NCBI RefSeq assembly: GCF_009914755.1
Contig: NC_060937.1
Source of the DNA: the human T2T-CHM13v2.0 reference genome, Homo sapiens
Direction: 5' to 3' (one strand)
Length of the DNA: 64,000 nt
Below are positions 1 to 14,343 of this stretch, one piece after another. Under the pieces are notes generated by a model that saw nothing but the letters and a program-made list of their open reading frames with translations, made no database searches and was not told the origin of the DNA. The position numbers and the translations under genes were made by a program. Numbering within the stretch: position 1 is the first letter of the stretch; each line of letters opens with the position of its first letter.

Positions 1-3000
1 AGCCATGCCAACAGACCAGTTTTAATTTCCCAAATAGAAGATGAGGGCAGAAACCTGATTAAAACAAACAAAAAGTAATACCAAACTTGGTACATTACTA
101 AACCAAGAGCTGAAGCTAGAATTCATTTGGTGACCTTGAGTTTATGACCTCCTGGCAGCAAGTGAAAGTTCATTGTTTATATGGCTGCCTCACATTAAAG
201 TGGCTGCTGCTCATTCACACAGTCTCCAAAAGAAAGGGCAAGGGCAAGGACTGCGGACAGCTTCACGTTCCCCTTGGAAAGTCAGCACGCCAGTGGGAGA
301 CGTGGAAAGGAGAAGCACATGTAAGAACCAGGAATGACCTTTCTAATACAGCCACACTAGGCAGAGCCTTACAAGGGCACTGCTTCCAAGTGTGACTGTG
401 AGCTTAAAATATCCTTAGAAGTCATAAAGATAATCTTAAAGGGTAGAAATAAGAGACAGAAAAAAGGTTAACATTGAAGATTTTTCCTTTTTTAAAACTG
501 CACTAACTGTCATAAAGGAAATGTTCAGAGATGTGACTGCCCCCAGGAACATGCCACGACTCCCACTGACCACAGCAACCAGCCAGAACCACTGCAGCTG
601 CCCTGCACAGTCCAGCGTCTGTTGACAGAAGCCACCCACGCAGAATCTGCCTCCACCTCCTACACCTGCGATGGCCAAACACTCTCTCCTCATTACTGTC
701 CCAGAGGGAGATGTGAAGTCTATGGAGAAGACAGAAAGATCACATTTGGGTTAAAATCGACTTCTCCCAGCAGCCATTCCTCAGCTTCCAAAGATATTTT
801 TACTTTTAAACAGTAAAAGTGAAAGTTCATTCCTAGTTGATTTTCCCAAGCACACAAATGAAAATTTCTCTTCTCTCAACCCTGCAGCCTAACTTAACTG
901 AAGACAAAAAAAAAACAAACTTTAAAACAACAAACACACACTTGTTCTGATATATCCATCCCTTTAATAATAAGAGAACAGAGCAGGAGAAAGTAGAGCT
1001 TCTGTCAACAACAGTCAAGCCTGTGCAAGGTTGCAATCCATTTTCCAGTCTGTAGCTTTGCTCTGGGAAAATGCAGATTTCTGGTCCACCATGCCTCTTC
1101 CCTGGGTCAGGATCTGGAATAATACCTTCTAGAAAAGTCAGAGCTTAGTCTCTCAAACACTAGCACGAGACTCAGGTCGTGGTGACCACCACAGTGGTTA
1201 ACAGCAATCCCGCTGACAGTTTCTCCTTTAATGCAAGAAGGGAAATAGACTCTTTCAACTTGTCCCCAAATGACAACAGTGGTTCATGGTGAGAATGAAG
1301 CCTACTGTGTGGTGAGGGGCAGACACAAAGCTGTGGAGTCGTCGGTGACTATCTACACAGCACTATCTCAGGGGAACTCCCTGTCCTCAACCAGGAGGAA
1401 GCTGCTAGAGCTTGCTTTCTCTCCATTCATTTCTAAGCCCAGGAGAGGAAGGGCTATTTTTCACCTGAGGTCGCTGATCCCTACCCTTGGCTGGAAGCAG
1501 AGAAACAACAGCCTCCAGTACTCCATCCACATGTGCACAAGGTGTGGATGGAGGCAGGTTCGGGCTGATGAGGAAGGTGCACGTCTGTCTGGGCGACGCT
1601 GACAGAGCAGCTTACCTCCGTGGGAGTCTGTCGATGTCAGGGTCATGTGCCCACTGTCCACTGGGCTGCCATCCCTTTGAGGAGAGGGAGACACTGATGG
1701 GAACCAAAGGATCTTCTAAAGGCAAGTTCTTACCGCAAGCTGGCCCCAAGGTCCCTGTAATCAAAGAAATCATTGTGGTTTTGCATTTGGCATATTTATG
1801 CCCCCTTTCTTCTAGGGACAAGTCTGTCAGCCTCTGAACGGGATCTCAACTTTCAAAAGGAAAAGTGTCCGGAAACACAGATCCACCAAGGTATAAAGGA
1901 GACGAGAGAAAGGCTTCATGCCACACCTCAGTGTAGACAGCAAACATAATAGCAATTCATTCTCAAAAAAGAGCTATAGATCCACTGCTACTTTTAACGA
2001 ACCAATGTTTTCCACTAAACATTTCAACTTAAGCCAACTCCACCTCATCACACTTGTTGGAAATATATGATCAATAATGACTCCAAAATTCATGTACTAT
2101 ACTACACCAGCCTTGGCTGGAAGCCAACAGCAGAAGCATGTATGTAAATGAAGACTGCAGATGATTAGCTTCTGTAAGCCCTGGTCTATAATCAACCTTG
2201 TCATTGACCTATCTCCACTGATTCCATTTACAATGACAGGGAAGAGTCATTAGACCCAATTGAAGCATATAATCGAAAGCCAATCTCATACCAAGCCAAC
2301 CAAAAATAATCAAAATTCTGTAAACTAACTTGAGTACCTAATCTAGTGCAACAATGATTGGTCTCTTAACAGGTTATGTAAATTTCTTTCAGCAATTCCA
2401 TCTGCAGTGACCAACAGCCACCCAATGTCAAAACATCAACACTTTCTAACTAACTGCACAGCTAGCAAAAGTATTTATGTATGTTCTATTATATATCAAC
2501 ACATCATTTCCTTGAAAAAATCTGCTTTTCCCGGGACAAAGAAATGCCTGCAGATACTTGATCCTTGTCACTACAGAAATGTGAATAATGGAAATCAGAA
2601 TACTGTTAACAGTTATCTGTATATCAAACATACAAAGAAAGGAAGACAAAAAAATCTTTTCATGAAGAGTTTTCTGTATCTCTGTTTTAAAAGTTTGATT
2701 CAAATATATGTTTTAGATAGCCAATCAAAAAAGGAGAAAAAGCTTACCTACAAATTAATTTACTTCTCTAAAGATGAACTGCCACAGACAAAAGGACTCG
2801 CCAAAACACCAATTAAGTTTTACGTCTAGTAGCTTTTCAAAAGGCAAAAATCTAAACCAGTCACCACTCCAGAAACGACTAGGAACTAACTCCAAACACA
2901 TCAGTCAATTCTCTAGAGCCCGACGGGTCTGAACTGTCAGACAAAAAGAGCAACGTTCTCACGGACCCTGTGCTAGGATGCAAAGGTGACAAGGAAATAA

Positions 3001-3575
3001 AATACAGGTCGTCAGGAAGGATACAGCTTTTCAGACAGCTGGATTCCTAATAACTGGAACGGCTGCAATGAGAACAAATGGAATCACCGCCCAGATTCAT
3101 AGGCAACCGTGAACATCCACAGGTGAGGAACACAGCAGTGCTAACGAAGGAAGGTGCAGGACCACAAAACCAAAACGAGGCTCCTGGCAGCAGCTGATGC
3201 GAGCACAGGAGGGGAGGACAAGGACTGCCCTGCCGAGCTCACAGGGCAATGTCTCCCGTAGCCGAAGCAGCTCCTCCGTTATCAATCACACAGTGCAATT
3301 TCCCACTCAAACACAAAGGACAGACTTGTGGACCCTGGCTAAGCTTCCGGATCTATGTCAAAGTGGGGCACAGCTACCGGCACCAATTCAAATTCAATCA
3401 TTTAATACATATGAGTACAGAGGTGAGCATCGGCGAAGCACTAAAAATGCACTAAAACCACGGACACGTGTTAGGCAAGAATTTCTCCTGCTGAACTACC
3501 CAATAAATACGGTGGCCGTGAGTAAGAATTCAATGCTAGGACAAATACAGTCTTTTGAAGATGTGACCTAATACT

Positions 3576-4128
3576 CTCAGATTCCAGGCAAGTGTGAAAC
3601 GGTGACCCTGGGCCAGGAGCCCGCAGGCCCGTCTTGCTAATTTGCTCAGGCTTTCAGGGGAACCTCACTGGACACATGCAAAGGGCGTGCTGACCTGTGA
3701 GCAGAGGCCTGAGTGCAAAGGACGGTGCTGGCCGACACTAGGCCTCTGTAAATGTGCAGCTGGGCGGGAGAGCCAGCGAGGATGCCTCCAGCAAGGCAGT
3801 GCCACTGTGTCTGCTCCACCCGATTCTCCCTCCTCAACTTTGTAAAATGGCTGAACTATTGAATAAATATCTGAAATACCCTCTGTAGAAGGAGAACACA
3901 CCACTGGAGAGAGGGAATCCGGTAAGAAAATGGGGGAGAAGTACTTAAGAGGACAACCGTCAGGTGCAGGGAAGCTAACGGTAGACCAGGAATGAGGAAA
4001 CTCTGGCCCTAAATCCCAGCTCAACAGCCAAAGGGCTGCAAAAGCTTTGAAAGCCTGAGCAAATTAGCAAGACAGGCCTGCGGGCTCCTGGCACAGGGCC
4101 AACGCTTCACACTTGCCTGGAATCTGAG
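3576..4128. repeat. Long inverted repeat: 81-bp arms 3576-3656 and 4048-4128, 391-bp spacer
   Basis: Direct comparison of arm 1 with the reverse complement of arm 2 gives 76/81 identity with no gaps. The outer block ctaggacaaatac (3536-3548) also pairs with 4128-4140. Confidence 0.95.
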
Positions 4129-4829
4129 TATTTGTCCTAGTGTTGATAGTAGAAGAAAAGGAAATCACTCAGCTTCTCTGGGCCATGGTTTTCTAGCCTA
4201 GAGAAAGAAAGATAAGGGCTAGCCACCTCTGAAGGCCTTTCCAGCTCTAATTATCTTTGGCTCTGATTTCTCTGACTTTACACAAGGAATACCGTATCTT
4301 AGGGCCAGCTGAGCCAAATCAATTACAGACTGCAAATAACTTAAAAGACAAGTATGCCCAGTGTCTGCAGATGAGGAAACAGAGCCCAAAATTAGACTAC
4401 CACACTCCCTGGCTTCATTCCCAGCCAGGACGGGATATCCTGAGGCAGGTCTCCAGGTCTCCAGATCTCCAGAGCACAGAGTCAGGAAGGCGGGAGACAA
4501 ACAGAAATGTGATGGTAAAGGCAGCCTCCCCTCTAACTAGGTCTTGTCTCTAGCTTCTTTTATGACACTTCCCAAAAGCCCATTGCAGATCTCTTCCCCC
4601 AACCCTAAAACCTCTATTCCACCAAGTCAAGCTCAAGTGGTGTTATCCCATAAACCCACATGGCCCAAAATGCAACAGGGAAAGTACCAAAGGAGAATTC
4701 AAACACCAATGCATAACAAGTGTTTGACATTACAATAAACTCAAAAATATAAAGAAACACGTAGCCTGCAATGACGGTCCCAGCTACCCAGAATTCTTCC
4801 TGCTCCCCACCGCTTCTTGCTACTTCAAA

Positions 4830-5120
4830 TACTAAAATATGAAAGGCTAATTATAAAGCTAATAGAAGAAAAAAAATAAATATATTTGTAACCTATGAGA
4901 AGCTGATGTATTTCGTATACAGGATCCCAAAAGCAGAAATCATATAAGGTGAAAAACTGATGGATTAACTACATTAAAATCAAGGATTTTTTTCCCCAAC
5001 AGAGGACGCTTCAAAGTTAAAACTAGTGTGATAAAGTCAGAGAACACACCTGTGGTATCAAAAACCAACACTAAGAGACAAGAAACATAGTAGGAAATTT
5101 CACAGAAGAATGTATGTTAA
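4830..5120 (+). mobile_element. Old L1 (L1M-type) ORF2 fragment
   Basis: A-rich; ...cccaaaagcagaaatcata...aaaactgatggattaactacattaaaatcaaggattt resembles the end of L1M ORF2. Confidence 0.55.
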
Positions 5121-6240
5121 TAAACAGCAAGAGTATTTGCCTACAAGTAAACCACTAGCCTTTCAGGGTCAGCAGAAAAGAATGCCAATTTAAATGCAAC
5201 TTACACCACAAGCCCCACTGGAGAGCAGAAATGCTACTTAGAATTTCTGTTGGGACAGAAGATGAGATCTTTCTTGGTAAACTTATTGCTATTGTCCGGG
5301 AAAGTGAGGGTGGGAGGAACAGGGGGTATTTTAAAGGGGCCAGGGGCATGTCTGTGTACACAGTGTCTGGTTCCATGCCATACGAGCTATGGCAGAGAGA
5401 AAAAGCACTTTCCCCTAACTCTCAGAAAAGGTGGTCTTAAATCAGAATGAGTTAACTTTGTAACATACCACAAACTAACCTTCAGGGCCACGCCTCATAT
5501 TTTATTCCCATGAAGCTCCCACTTAAAACAATTCACACCTTCTCTGCTTTGAAGTCCATTCTTCAGCTTTGCCAATTTCAAAGCTGTTTCATCAGTTCTC
5601 AAAGGGATGGTCAAGCTTGAGGAATGTGACTAGCGCTGGTGAGACTCACAAGAGCTCCTGTTCACAGACTAGAAATAATTTGTAATGAATTAATTTGTAA
5701 TGTGGCTACCAGGCCAAAACATATAGTTTTGGGCACCCTTTTTTAGTTTCACAATACTTCATAAGCCTAATTATCAGACAATTATTTCCTGACTAGAAAA
5801 TTGAAAGGGAATTTGATAATCACATGTAATAAACACATTAAACTATAGAAAACTTCCTAGGAGATATGAATTCAACAGAATAATCCTAATGGTTAAGAAC
5901 ATACATAGATGCTCAAAGTTATGATTAATAGAAATGGAAATAAACATAAAATACTGTTATAGCTAAGAGATTGGTGAAAGAAAGTTTTATAGTATCAATG
6001 TTGCCAAGAACGTAGACAAACCATGCTCAACACAATTAGCCATGATTAGTCATGAGGGAAATGCATGTGAAAACCATGAGATACTGCTTAACACAATTTT
6101 AAAAAAACAAACAAGGGGAAATTGAAACCTTCATTCACTACCATGAGAACATAAGCCACTACTGAAAACAGTCTCAACAGTTCCTCAAAAACAAAAAAAA
6201 AAACCAGTTCCTCAAAAGGTTAAACATAAAATTTGTATAT

Positions 6241-7103
6241 TACAGTAAACTCTTCAAATTTTATGTTGCCTTGGCATCCATTTTGAATACAAGTTTAACT
6301 TTCTCATACCAGAAGCAGGGCTTAGTCACCCTTGACACGGTCTCCAGTTCTAGACCACACCCAAAAGGCCCAGCTCGCTGGCCAAGATAAGAACTTAGAG
6401 GCATCTCCTACACCCAGCAGACTGAGCTCCCCATGTTCCATCTGCTTCCTTTAAACAGAACACTCAGGCCTGCCCGAGAACTTACAGAGCCCCACGCCCT
6501 GTTCCCTCTTATATAATGTATACTGCCAGTTGTGCACACTCTCTCTGTCGCTCTCTCTCTCTGCCTGACTCTTCATTCTTGCCTTGTGTAACCCAGGACA
6601 GAGGACTGCCTCCTGCCCAGGATATGTAAGTAATAAGTCTTTGAACTTGGATTTGACCACGACATATTATATGTAATATCAAAATATCACATGTACCTCA
6701 GATATCTGTACAATCATTATGTAGCCATTTTTCAAAAGCATCTTCTAAAATATATGTTTGAACTTGCTTCCTGTTGTGATGGTGTACGGACTCTGTACCC
6801 TCCATCCGAAGAACCAACCACATTACCCCAGGACGTGTGGGAGCAAACAAGGTTGGACTCCCAGCACCAGAATGATGGCCAGGTAGTCAGACAAGACCCA
6901 CAGGGGTGTCCGTCAGTATAAACAAGTTTCCCGAGTCGGGGCTCAGACCATTATGCGTGAGCCCATCCACCAGGTAAAAGAAGCATCCTGTGAAAGGCAC
7001 ACGGTCATCACCCACATCCAGCTGCCTTTCAGTTCCCCTTAGGGAAGGGTCGCTAGCTACTCTGATACTGGAACCCAATTCAGATGGGGGCTCCCAAAAC
7101 ACA
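6241..7103 (+). mobile_element. ERVL-class solo LTR (MER54-like)
   Basis: aattttatgttgccttggcatccattttgaatacaagtttaactttctcataccagaagcagggcttagtcaccc ... gggggctcccaaaaca. About 750 bp net, interrupting the L1. Family assignment from memory. Confidence 0.6.
6650..6756 (+). mobile_element. Short L1MA-type 3'-end insertion inside the LTR
   Basis: gatttgacc...tatcaaaatatcacatgtacc...tgtacaatcattatgta is an L1MA 3' terminus motif. Flanked by the direct repeat TTTGAACTTG (6640-6649, 6757-6766). Confidence 0.65.
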
Positions 7104-7717
7104 TTTGACCCAATAACCCCACTCCCAAGTAATACATCCAAAAGAAAGGAAAACATATCCACACAAAAACTTGTACACGAATGTTCATGGGAACAGTATT
7201 CACAACAGCCAAAAAATAAAAACCCAAATATCCACCAACTGATAAATAGATAACAAAGTGTGGTCTATCCACAGAATGGAACATTATTCAGCAATAAAAA
7301 GAGCTATTGACACATGCTGCAACAGAGCCCTTGAAAACATGCCGCGTGAAACAAACCAGACACAACAGGACACATGTTCTATAATTACACTTATATGAGG
7401 TGTCCAGAATACGCAAATCTATAGAGACAGAAAGGAGACTCGGGAATCTGGGAAGAAATGGGAAGTGAATGATGATGGGTAGAGTATCTTTCGAGGGGAT
7501 GAAATGTTCTAAAATTGTGGTGATGGCTGCACCGCTCTGTGATATACCAGAAACTCTTGAATTGTATATTTTAAGTGGGTGAATTGTAGATCGGTAAAGG
7601 TTTTTATTTTTTTACTTAAACACAGAAACAAAAACCCACAGCTAAACCAGGCATTTAGCTGGTAAGGCTATTCCGAACAACCACACGGTAGTATTTTTTC
7701 CTTACTAATAAAAGAGA

Positions 7718-7863
7718 TAGACAGTGTCTCACTCTGTTACCCAGGCTGGGGTACAATGGCACAATCATAGCTCACTGCAGCCTCGAACACCTGGGCTCAA
7801 GTGATCCTCCCACCTCGGCTTTCCAAAGTGTTGGAATTACAGGGTGAGCCACTGTGCCCGGCC
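7718..7863 (-). mobile_element. Alu monomer (FRAM/AluJ-like)
   Basis: gtctcactctgttacccaggctgg...tcatagctcactgcagcctcg...gagccactgtgcccggcc. Confidence 0.85.
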
Positions 7864-7949
7864 CCATATTCCCACATGGTAGCATTTACCTAAAATGAAT
7901 ATCCTACTCCAAACTCTAGAGTACTGACGGGAAATAGTAAGCGTCTTAG

Positions 7950-8600
7950 GACAAGATACTCAAAAATCATAAGTCATTAGGGAAATGCAAATTAAAACTA
8001 CAATGAAATACCATTCCACACCTACTAAAATGGCAAACATGAAAATTACTGACAGTACCCCAAATGCTGGTGGGGATGCAAAATTATACAGGCACTCTGG
8101 AAAATTAAACAGACATTAAATAGAAATTAAATACCTATCCTACTCATAAGTATTTGCTCTAGAAAAATGAAAAACTTATGTTCATACCAAAAAAGTGCAT
8201 CAATATTCATAGCAACACTGTTCATAATCACCAAATTCTGGAAACACCCACATGTCCTTCGATAGGTAAACCTGGTTATACACACCCTGGTGCCCTACTT
8301 AACAGTAAAAAGGAACAAACAAGTGACACATGCATGAACACGGAAGGATTCCTCAGGCATGACAATAACTGAAAAACGCCACTAACAAAAGCCACTAACA
8401 ACAGATGTGTGATTCCATCTACGGTGCTCCGGAAAAGCCAAAATGCTAAGGACTGATCAGTGACTGCCATGGGCGGGGGATGGTTCAGGAATTCTTTGGA
8501 ACGTTGGCATTGTTCTGGTCCCATGTGTGGTGGTACTTATAAGAATCTATACATATGTTACAACACATAGGACTATACATCCAAGAGTGAGTTTTACAGT
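7950..8600 (+). mobile_element. Old L1 (L1ME/MC-type) 3' fragment
   Basis: agtcattagggaaatgcaaattaaaactacaatgaaataccattccacacctactaaaatggc...gaaaacttatgttcatacc. Confidence 0.75.
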
Positions 8601-8602
8601 AA

Positions 8603-8888
8603 TTTTTTTTTTTTTTTTTGAGACAGAGTCTCGCTGTGTCACCCAGGCTGGAGTGCAGTGGTGTGATCTCAGCCTCCCAGGTTCAAGCGATTCTCGTGCC
8701 TCGGCCTCCCAATTAGCTGTGACTACAGGTGCGTGCCACCATGCCTGGCTAATTATTTTTGTATTTTTAGTAGAGACAGGGTTTCCCCATGTTGGCCAGG
8801 CTGGTTTCGAACTTCTGACCTCAAGTGATCCAATCGCCTCAGCCTCACAAAGTGCTGGGATTACAGGCGTGAGCCACTGTGCCCAGCC
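8603..8888 (-). mobile_element. AluS
   Basis: Poly-T, gagacagagtctcgctgtgtcacccaggctggagtgcagtgg...gtgagccactgtgcccagcc; TSD tacagta. Confidence 0.95.
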
Positions 8889-10049
8889 TACAGTACATAA
8901 ATTTTTAAAAATGTTATGGGGAAAAACAAACCCATACATACACCATACACAAAACCATGTTTTCTCTATTGAAGACACACAGATTAAAACAGAAAAGGAT
9001 CTTACATAGGTCGATGATGATGGTGCCATGAACTGCAAAATATGAAAAACTCAACTCTTACCTGAGGTCCATAAATAGAACAGAGAGAAAGAAATGCAAC
9101 CAGAAAATGAGCAGCAATTGACTTAGAGCGAAACAGGTCATTTTATTGGCTAGAAAGGAGTCCAAAGCTCAAAGAGGCTACTGGGAAGAGCCCTGCTTTA
9201 GCACTAAAAATACACATCATGTCTACCGAGAAACAAAAACAAAACAAAAACCCTAAACACACACAAAGTAAGTTTTTTTTTTTTTTTTTTAAAAAGGGAA
9301 AGCAAGGTACCAGCCCCTAACTTGCTTTCTCCTTCATTAACACTACTCTAATGAACAAGGTCAAAATATAAAGCCAGATAATTCTGACATTGGTCATTAT
9401 CAGTTTGCTACAAAACATGCAAAAAACATGGGCAGGTGAGGACCTCCAGTCACACAGCCCCATTCCGGATGTAAATAATGTCTCAGGGAATATTAACTTT
9501 TGTAGAAAGAGTACAAGTGTCCAAGGGAGAGTCACAAACGTCCCATTAAGACTCCACTCAGTGAGGGAGGGGCTCCCTCTCATCTGTGGTGTCTTCTGCT
9601 CAACTGTGGAAAGCAGGGTTTATAAGGAACACCAGACTTACCGGGGTCACTGCCAACACTTATGTAATCAGTCCCTGCTGCGAACCGGCTTCTGCAGCCC
9701 ATCGGGGTCCACTTGCTGCCCTCTCTTACCTCAGAACAAAAGTAACCCAGAAAAGCATCTCTGAGTTATCCGCCTTCCCAGGCGCTGTGTGAGCATTCAC
9801 AGCCTCGAGAACAGAGGCTGGCCAGCCCACGCAGGGTGGACACACTGCCCCGAGTATGGACACGCCCTTCTCATGATGCTGGCAAAGCCTGCACTGGGTC
9901 CTGCCACGGACATCATGGTGGGCACAGCCATGGGCTCCGAGACCCTCCATCCAAAATGCCCTTTGGGATATTCCAAGAGTCCCAAATGTCAGCCCTAGAA
10001 ACACCATTACTTAAACCTATTTTCTGGGACAAAAGGTTCATTCCACGCA

Positions 10050-10200
10050 GCAGTTTTTCAACAGTGGCACTGTGGACATTCGGGCTGGGTGAGTCCCTGT
10101 GTGGAGCCATCCTGTGGACGTGATAAGCATCCCTGGCCTCCACCCACACCCCCAAGTAGTGGCAGCCGAAACATCTGCAGACACTGTCACCTGTGCCTTC
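10050..10200. mobile_element. MER20-like hAT DNA transposon relic
   Basis: ggcactgtggacattcgggctgg...agcatccctggcctccacccac...aacatctgcagacactgtca. Confidence 0.6.
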
Positions 10201-13169
10201 AGTGAGGAAAGGTCCATATGGGGCAGTGGCAGGAGGAACAGAGAGGTACACAGTGCCAGATCTAGGTGGCTCGGTTCTCTTCTCTGTTAAGATCACAGAA
10301 GCCCTTCAGACTGCACAAGAGTTTCTCCATATGGTGGAGTCTCAACTTTCTTCTGGGCCCTTTCAATTTCATTTGTTATCTAATTCAAATAAACTGCAAA
10401 TCATCTCTCCATATGTACTAAAATAGTATCTCATTTTCACCATCTCAATGAAAGCGCGGCTGGGACTCTGCCTTTGAAGGAGCAAAGACATGAATGAGAA
10501 AGACACTGTGTGCTTTGATGAGAATTTCTGAGGCATAGGAGAGTTCACCCACACCAAGCATATATCTGAACTAAAATGCTTTCAGAAACTAACATAATAA
10601 CCCATCTGAATTCCTAAGTATGCCTGAAGCCAAGGGCCAATACAAGAGCATGATTTGCTATGAACTAGCTTAAAGAAAGGTGTGAGTAAAGATAAAATTC
10701 ACAGGTGTCCTAACAGGATACATTCATCATCATGTAGCTAGACTGGTATTTCTTCTCTGCAATGTGAAGTTATCATACAATATGGGCAAGGCTGAGAATC
10801 ACGGTGTTTTTCTGCAGATAGGCATAGTAAGTAGGCTGATTATTTTCTATTGTCCAAACTAGGGTGCATCTGAAAGTCAATAGGCCAGTTATTAGTTATG
10901 CGGGGGAGAAGCATCCAAGACTGCAGATGGACACTGACCTGCACAGCAGCCTCGTTCATGGAGACGCTGGCCACTTCTATCAGTATTTTTTACTCTTTTC
11001 CCCAAGGATAAAATGACTGGTTTTTCTGTTTCATCAGAAACTATTTCCCCTTTGGGGACCACAGAAAAAACAATAGAAGTCCCAAGAATATAACTTGGAA
11101 AGATGACTGTGAAGTGAGATTATGAACCTGTAACTACCCACAATCAATCCTTTCCCAGAATAACCTGTACTTTCATAGAGTACTTAGTTTTCTAAAACTC
11201 ACCAAGGGACTTTCCCATATTAGTCTTCTGGTGAATCTGATGGGTCAAACTACTCAGAAAAGTTTTTAGGAACTGATGAAAACTTGTAAGTCAGGGATCT
11301 GAATCCGCAATGAGACAACAGGGCATGTTTCTTTAATAATGACACTACAACAAAAACTACTATGGCAAGGAAGAAATTTGAAAAGCACAGCTTTTAAGAC
11401 CTCGCACCTGATTTGCTTTGGTTAAACTGGCTTGATGTTTGAGAGGAATAAATAATTTATCATAAAAGAAAATGATAAACCTTATTTTTAGCATGCTAAC
11501 AATCTATTTTAAGACTTGTGAATTTTGAGTCTGTTTGGCGCAGATAACTTAAAATTTTTTTAATAAGGGAAAATCATCATTTACTAAAAATCTACTACAT
11601 GCCAGCACTTTACATACATGATCTCATCTTTATAGTAATCATGGAAGTATATCTGCGTTTCCTCAAGAAAATCAGCAGCCCAAACAGCGACCAGTTGAGT
11701 ACCTGTACTAGAATCTGAGACTAAAATCTTGGCTATAACTAAAAGTGAATCTCAATATGGACACTCTGATAGAATAGCAAGCTCCTCAAAACAAACCCCC
11801 TGAAAAAAAAAAAAAAAAGATTTGTAAGTGCTGAAGGGAATGCACATTTGCAAATGGTGCACAGAGAAAAAACAGGTCAGCATCCCGTACTACACCATCC
11901 TGTTCTCGTTACAATTATATGTCTTCACTGCCTAATTAAAATACAAAACCAAAAAATTCTCTCTCCCCTCCTGCACACTACCCCATATCCCCTACCCAAC
12001 CCCACACACAGGCAGTTTCATTTTGACTTCGTGGATGGTACCTCAGTGGCAGAAAACTCCAGGGGTATAATGGCTGGGACATGGAGGATTCTGGTTAAGT
12101 ATCCTAGCTGGTTTAATTTCCCAAAAAGTAAACACTGAAACTACAACGGGTGAAGTTTTTTCCATGGTCTGTGATCATCCTCAAGACCTTTCCAGGCCTC
12201 AGATCCATAAATATTGGGGGGGTGGGGGGATTCACTGTTGTATTGTTCCTTCTCCTCCCTAAATTCTAGCCCTTGTTTTCAATCTTTAGGGGAAAAAAAA
12301 TGCTACAAAGCAATTTTGTGACTTCATCACTGCTACTGTCAAAATTAACACCACTCACCAGATCCTTAGTAACATTCAGAATATTTAGACCACTTCTCTA
12401 TTGTTTTAAATCCTTTTTTCTAGACTAAAAGAATGAACCAAAACATAATTATGAGACCTGTGAATGCTAGCTACCCCAACAATGAAGAAACCCATTTCTG
12501 GTAATCTCTTCTTTGTCCTGGCCTGCTATATAAAAGTCCCTTAACACAGGGTGAAATCCTAAGGCCCTCTCTCCAATCACCCTTAAAGAACTAAGAACAG
12601 TAGCTCTGAACGCTACAGGGAGTGTTTTAAAATGACAGTGAAAACCACATAGAGCACTATTTCCAGCTCTGTGCCAAAGACCCATTTGTCTTACAAATCC
12701 ATTTAATCTGTATCCTCCTTGACATTAGGACCACACTTTCTAAACCTACCAAGATGATGGAAGAATGGCCTCTGACTCAGGAGGGTCCCCTTCTGGGCCA
12801 AAGAATTTCATGACACTCCATTACACAAGAATGGGCAGACAGAATTACAGGTCTGGATTCTTCTCCTGCTCAATTATAATAGTTAATTATTGTTTTAGAA
12901 GAGCAGTTCATGATGTATGTAGCCAAATAAGACAATTGTCCTTCACATGGCTTTAAAATCCGGGCCAACTTTCCACAATGGCCACGTTCTTCCAGGCATT
13001 CTTGTGGCAGATACTCCCTAAAGGACAATCTGCTTAGTAAAATACAGAGAGCGCACTGGATAAAGTATCAACACTTTTCAACCTGCCTGGAGGCCATCAG
13101 CACCTGAAGACCACTCCCTGAGCTATTCCACTTCCTACAGAGATGAAGTGACTTTGAAAAGGCCAGCCT

Positions 13170-13566
13170 ACTGTGCACACAGCCTGTGTCCTCTTCCCAC
13201 GAAGCACACTATTCAATGACATTTCTTAGCCTCTCCTGGGTCAGGTGTGGGTCATGTGGCTGAGTTCTGACCAGGAGAACATGAACAGAAACAATGTGCC
13301 CTACGTCCAGGCCTGGGCACATAAAAACTTCCCACACGTGAGCCTCCATTTCTCCCCCAACGCTGACTTATGGCAGCTGAGCACAGCCACTTGTCAAGAT
13401 GAAGGAACAATAAGATAAAAGGAACTCAGGTTCCTGAATCAGTGTCTGAAGGAAAACAGCCCACGGATCAGGGCAACCAGTGAGGAAGAGATACATTTCT
13501 AACATGTATGAGTCGTTACACATTTAAGGAGTTTACTACGGCAGTTGACGTTACAATAACTAAACA
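13170..13566 (+). mobile_element. MaLR LTR (MLT1J-like)
   Basis: ggtcatgtggctgagttctgacca...tccaggcctgggcacataaaaacttcccacac...ggttcctgaatca...taactaaaca. Confidence 0.6.
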
Positions 13567-14037
13567 AAATACCGGGGCAACCTTAGATCAAGGTTAGGCT
13601 GATCTGAAACCTAACGTTCTAGCATTAGCAGCTCAGGCAAGAACAGGACCTGTTTGGATGGAATCTCTAGATACATGCAGATATGTACTGTGGCCGCTAT
13701 ATTTGGCCACAATAAAGCAGCCCATTCCAGCATGCAGTAAAGATCGTGCTAAGGAGCTGAGGTTGAACAAGATGTTTTGAACCACTGATCCTTAATTTCC
13801 ATAGTTAAATATTAGCTGGTATAAATCACCAAATATTTGTCAGGATCCTCCACACTTCCTTTGCCAAAACCATCATAATAATTCATATTAAAATACAACA
13901 TCAGCAAACCACACGAAATCCAACTCTGAATTTACTAGAACACTACTGCTGAAGTAATTTCACAGGGAATAGTACGCAGTACAGTGGACAGAATCCAAAC
14001 TGAGTTTCTTTAGCTGTTTGTTTTCAATCGAAATTTA

Positions 14038-14343
<306 letters not shown>

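Larger units (their letters stand above)
6020..7600 (+). mobile_element. L1MB-type 3' region, split by an LTR insertion (pieces ~6020-6240 and ~7104-7600)
   Basis: cagttcctcaaaaggttaaacata resumes after the LTR as gacccaataaccccactcccaag...ccacacaaaaacttgtacacgaatgttcat...aaatctatagagacagaaag, typical of L1MB 3' sequence. Confidence 0.8.
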
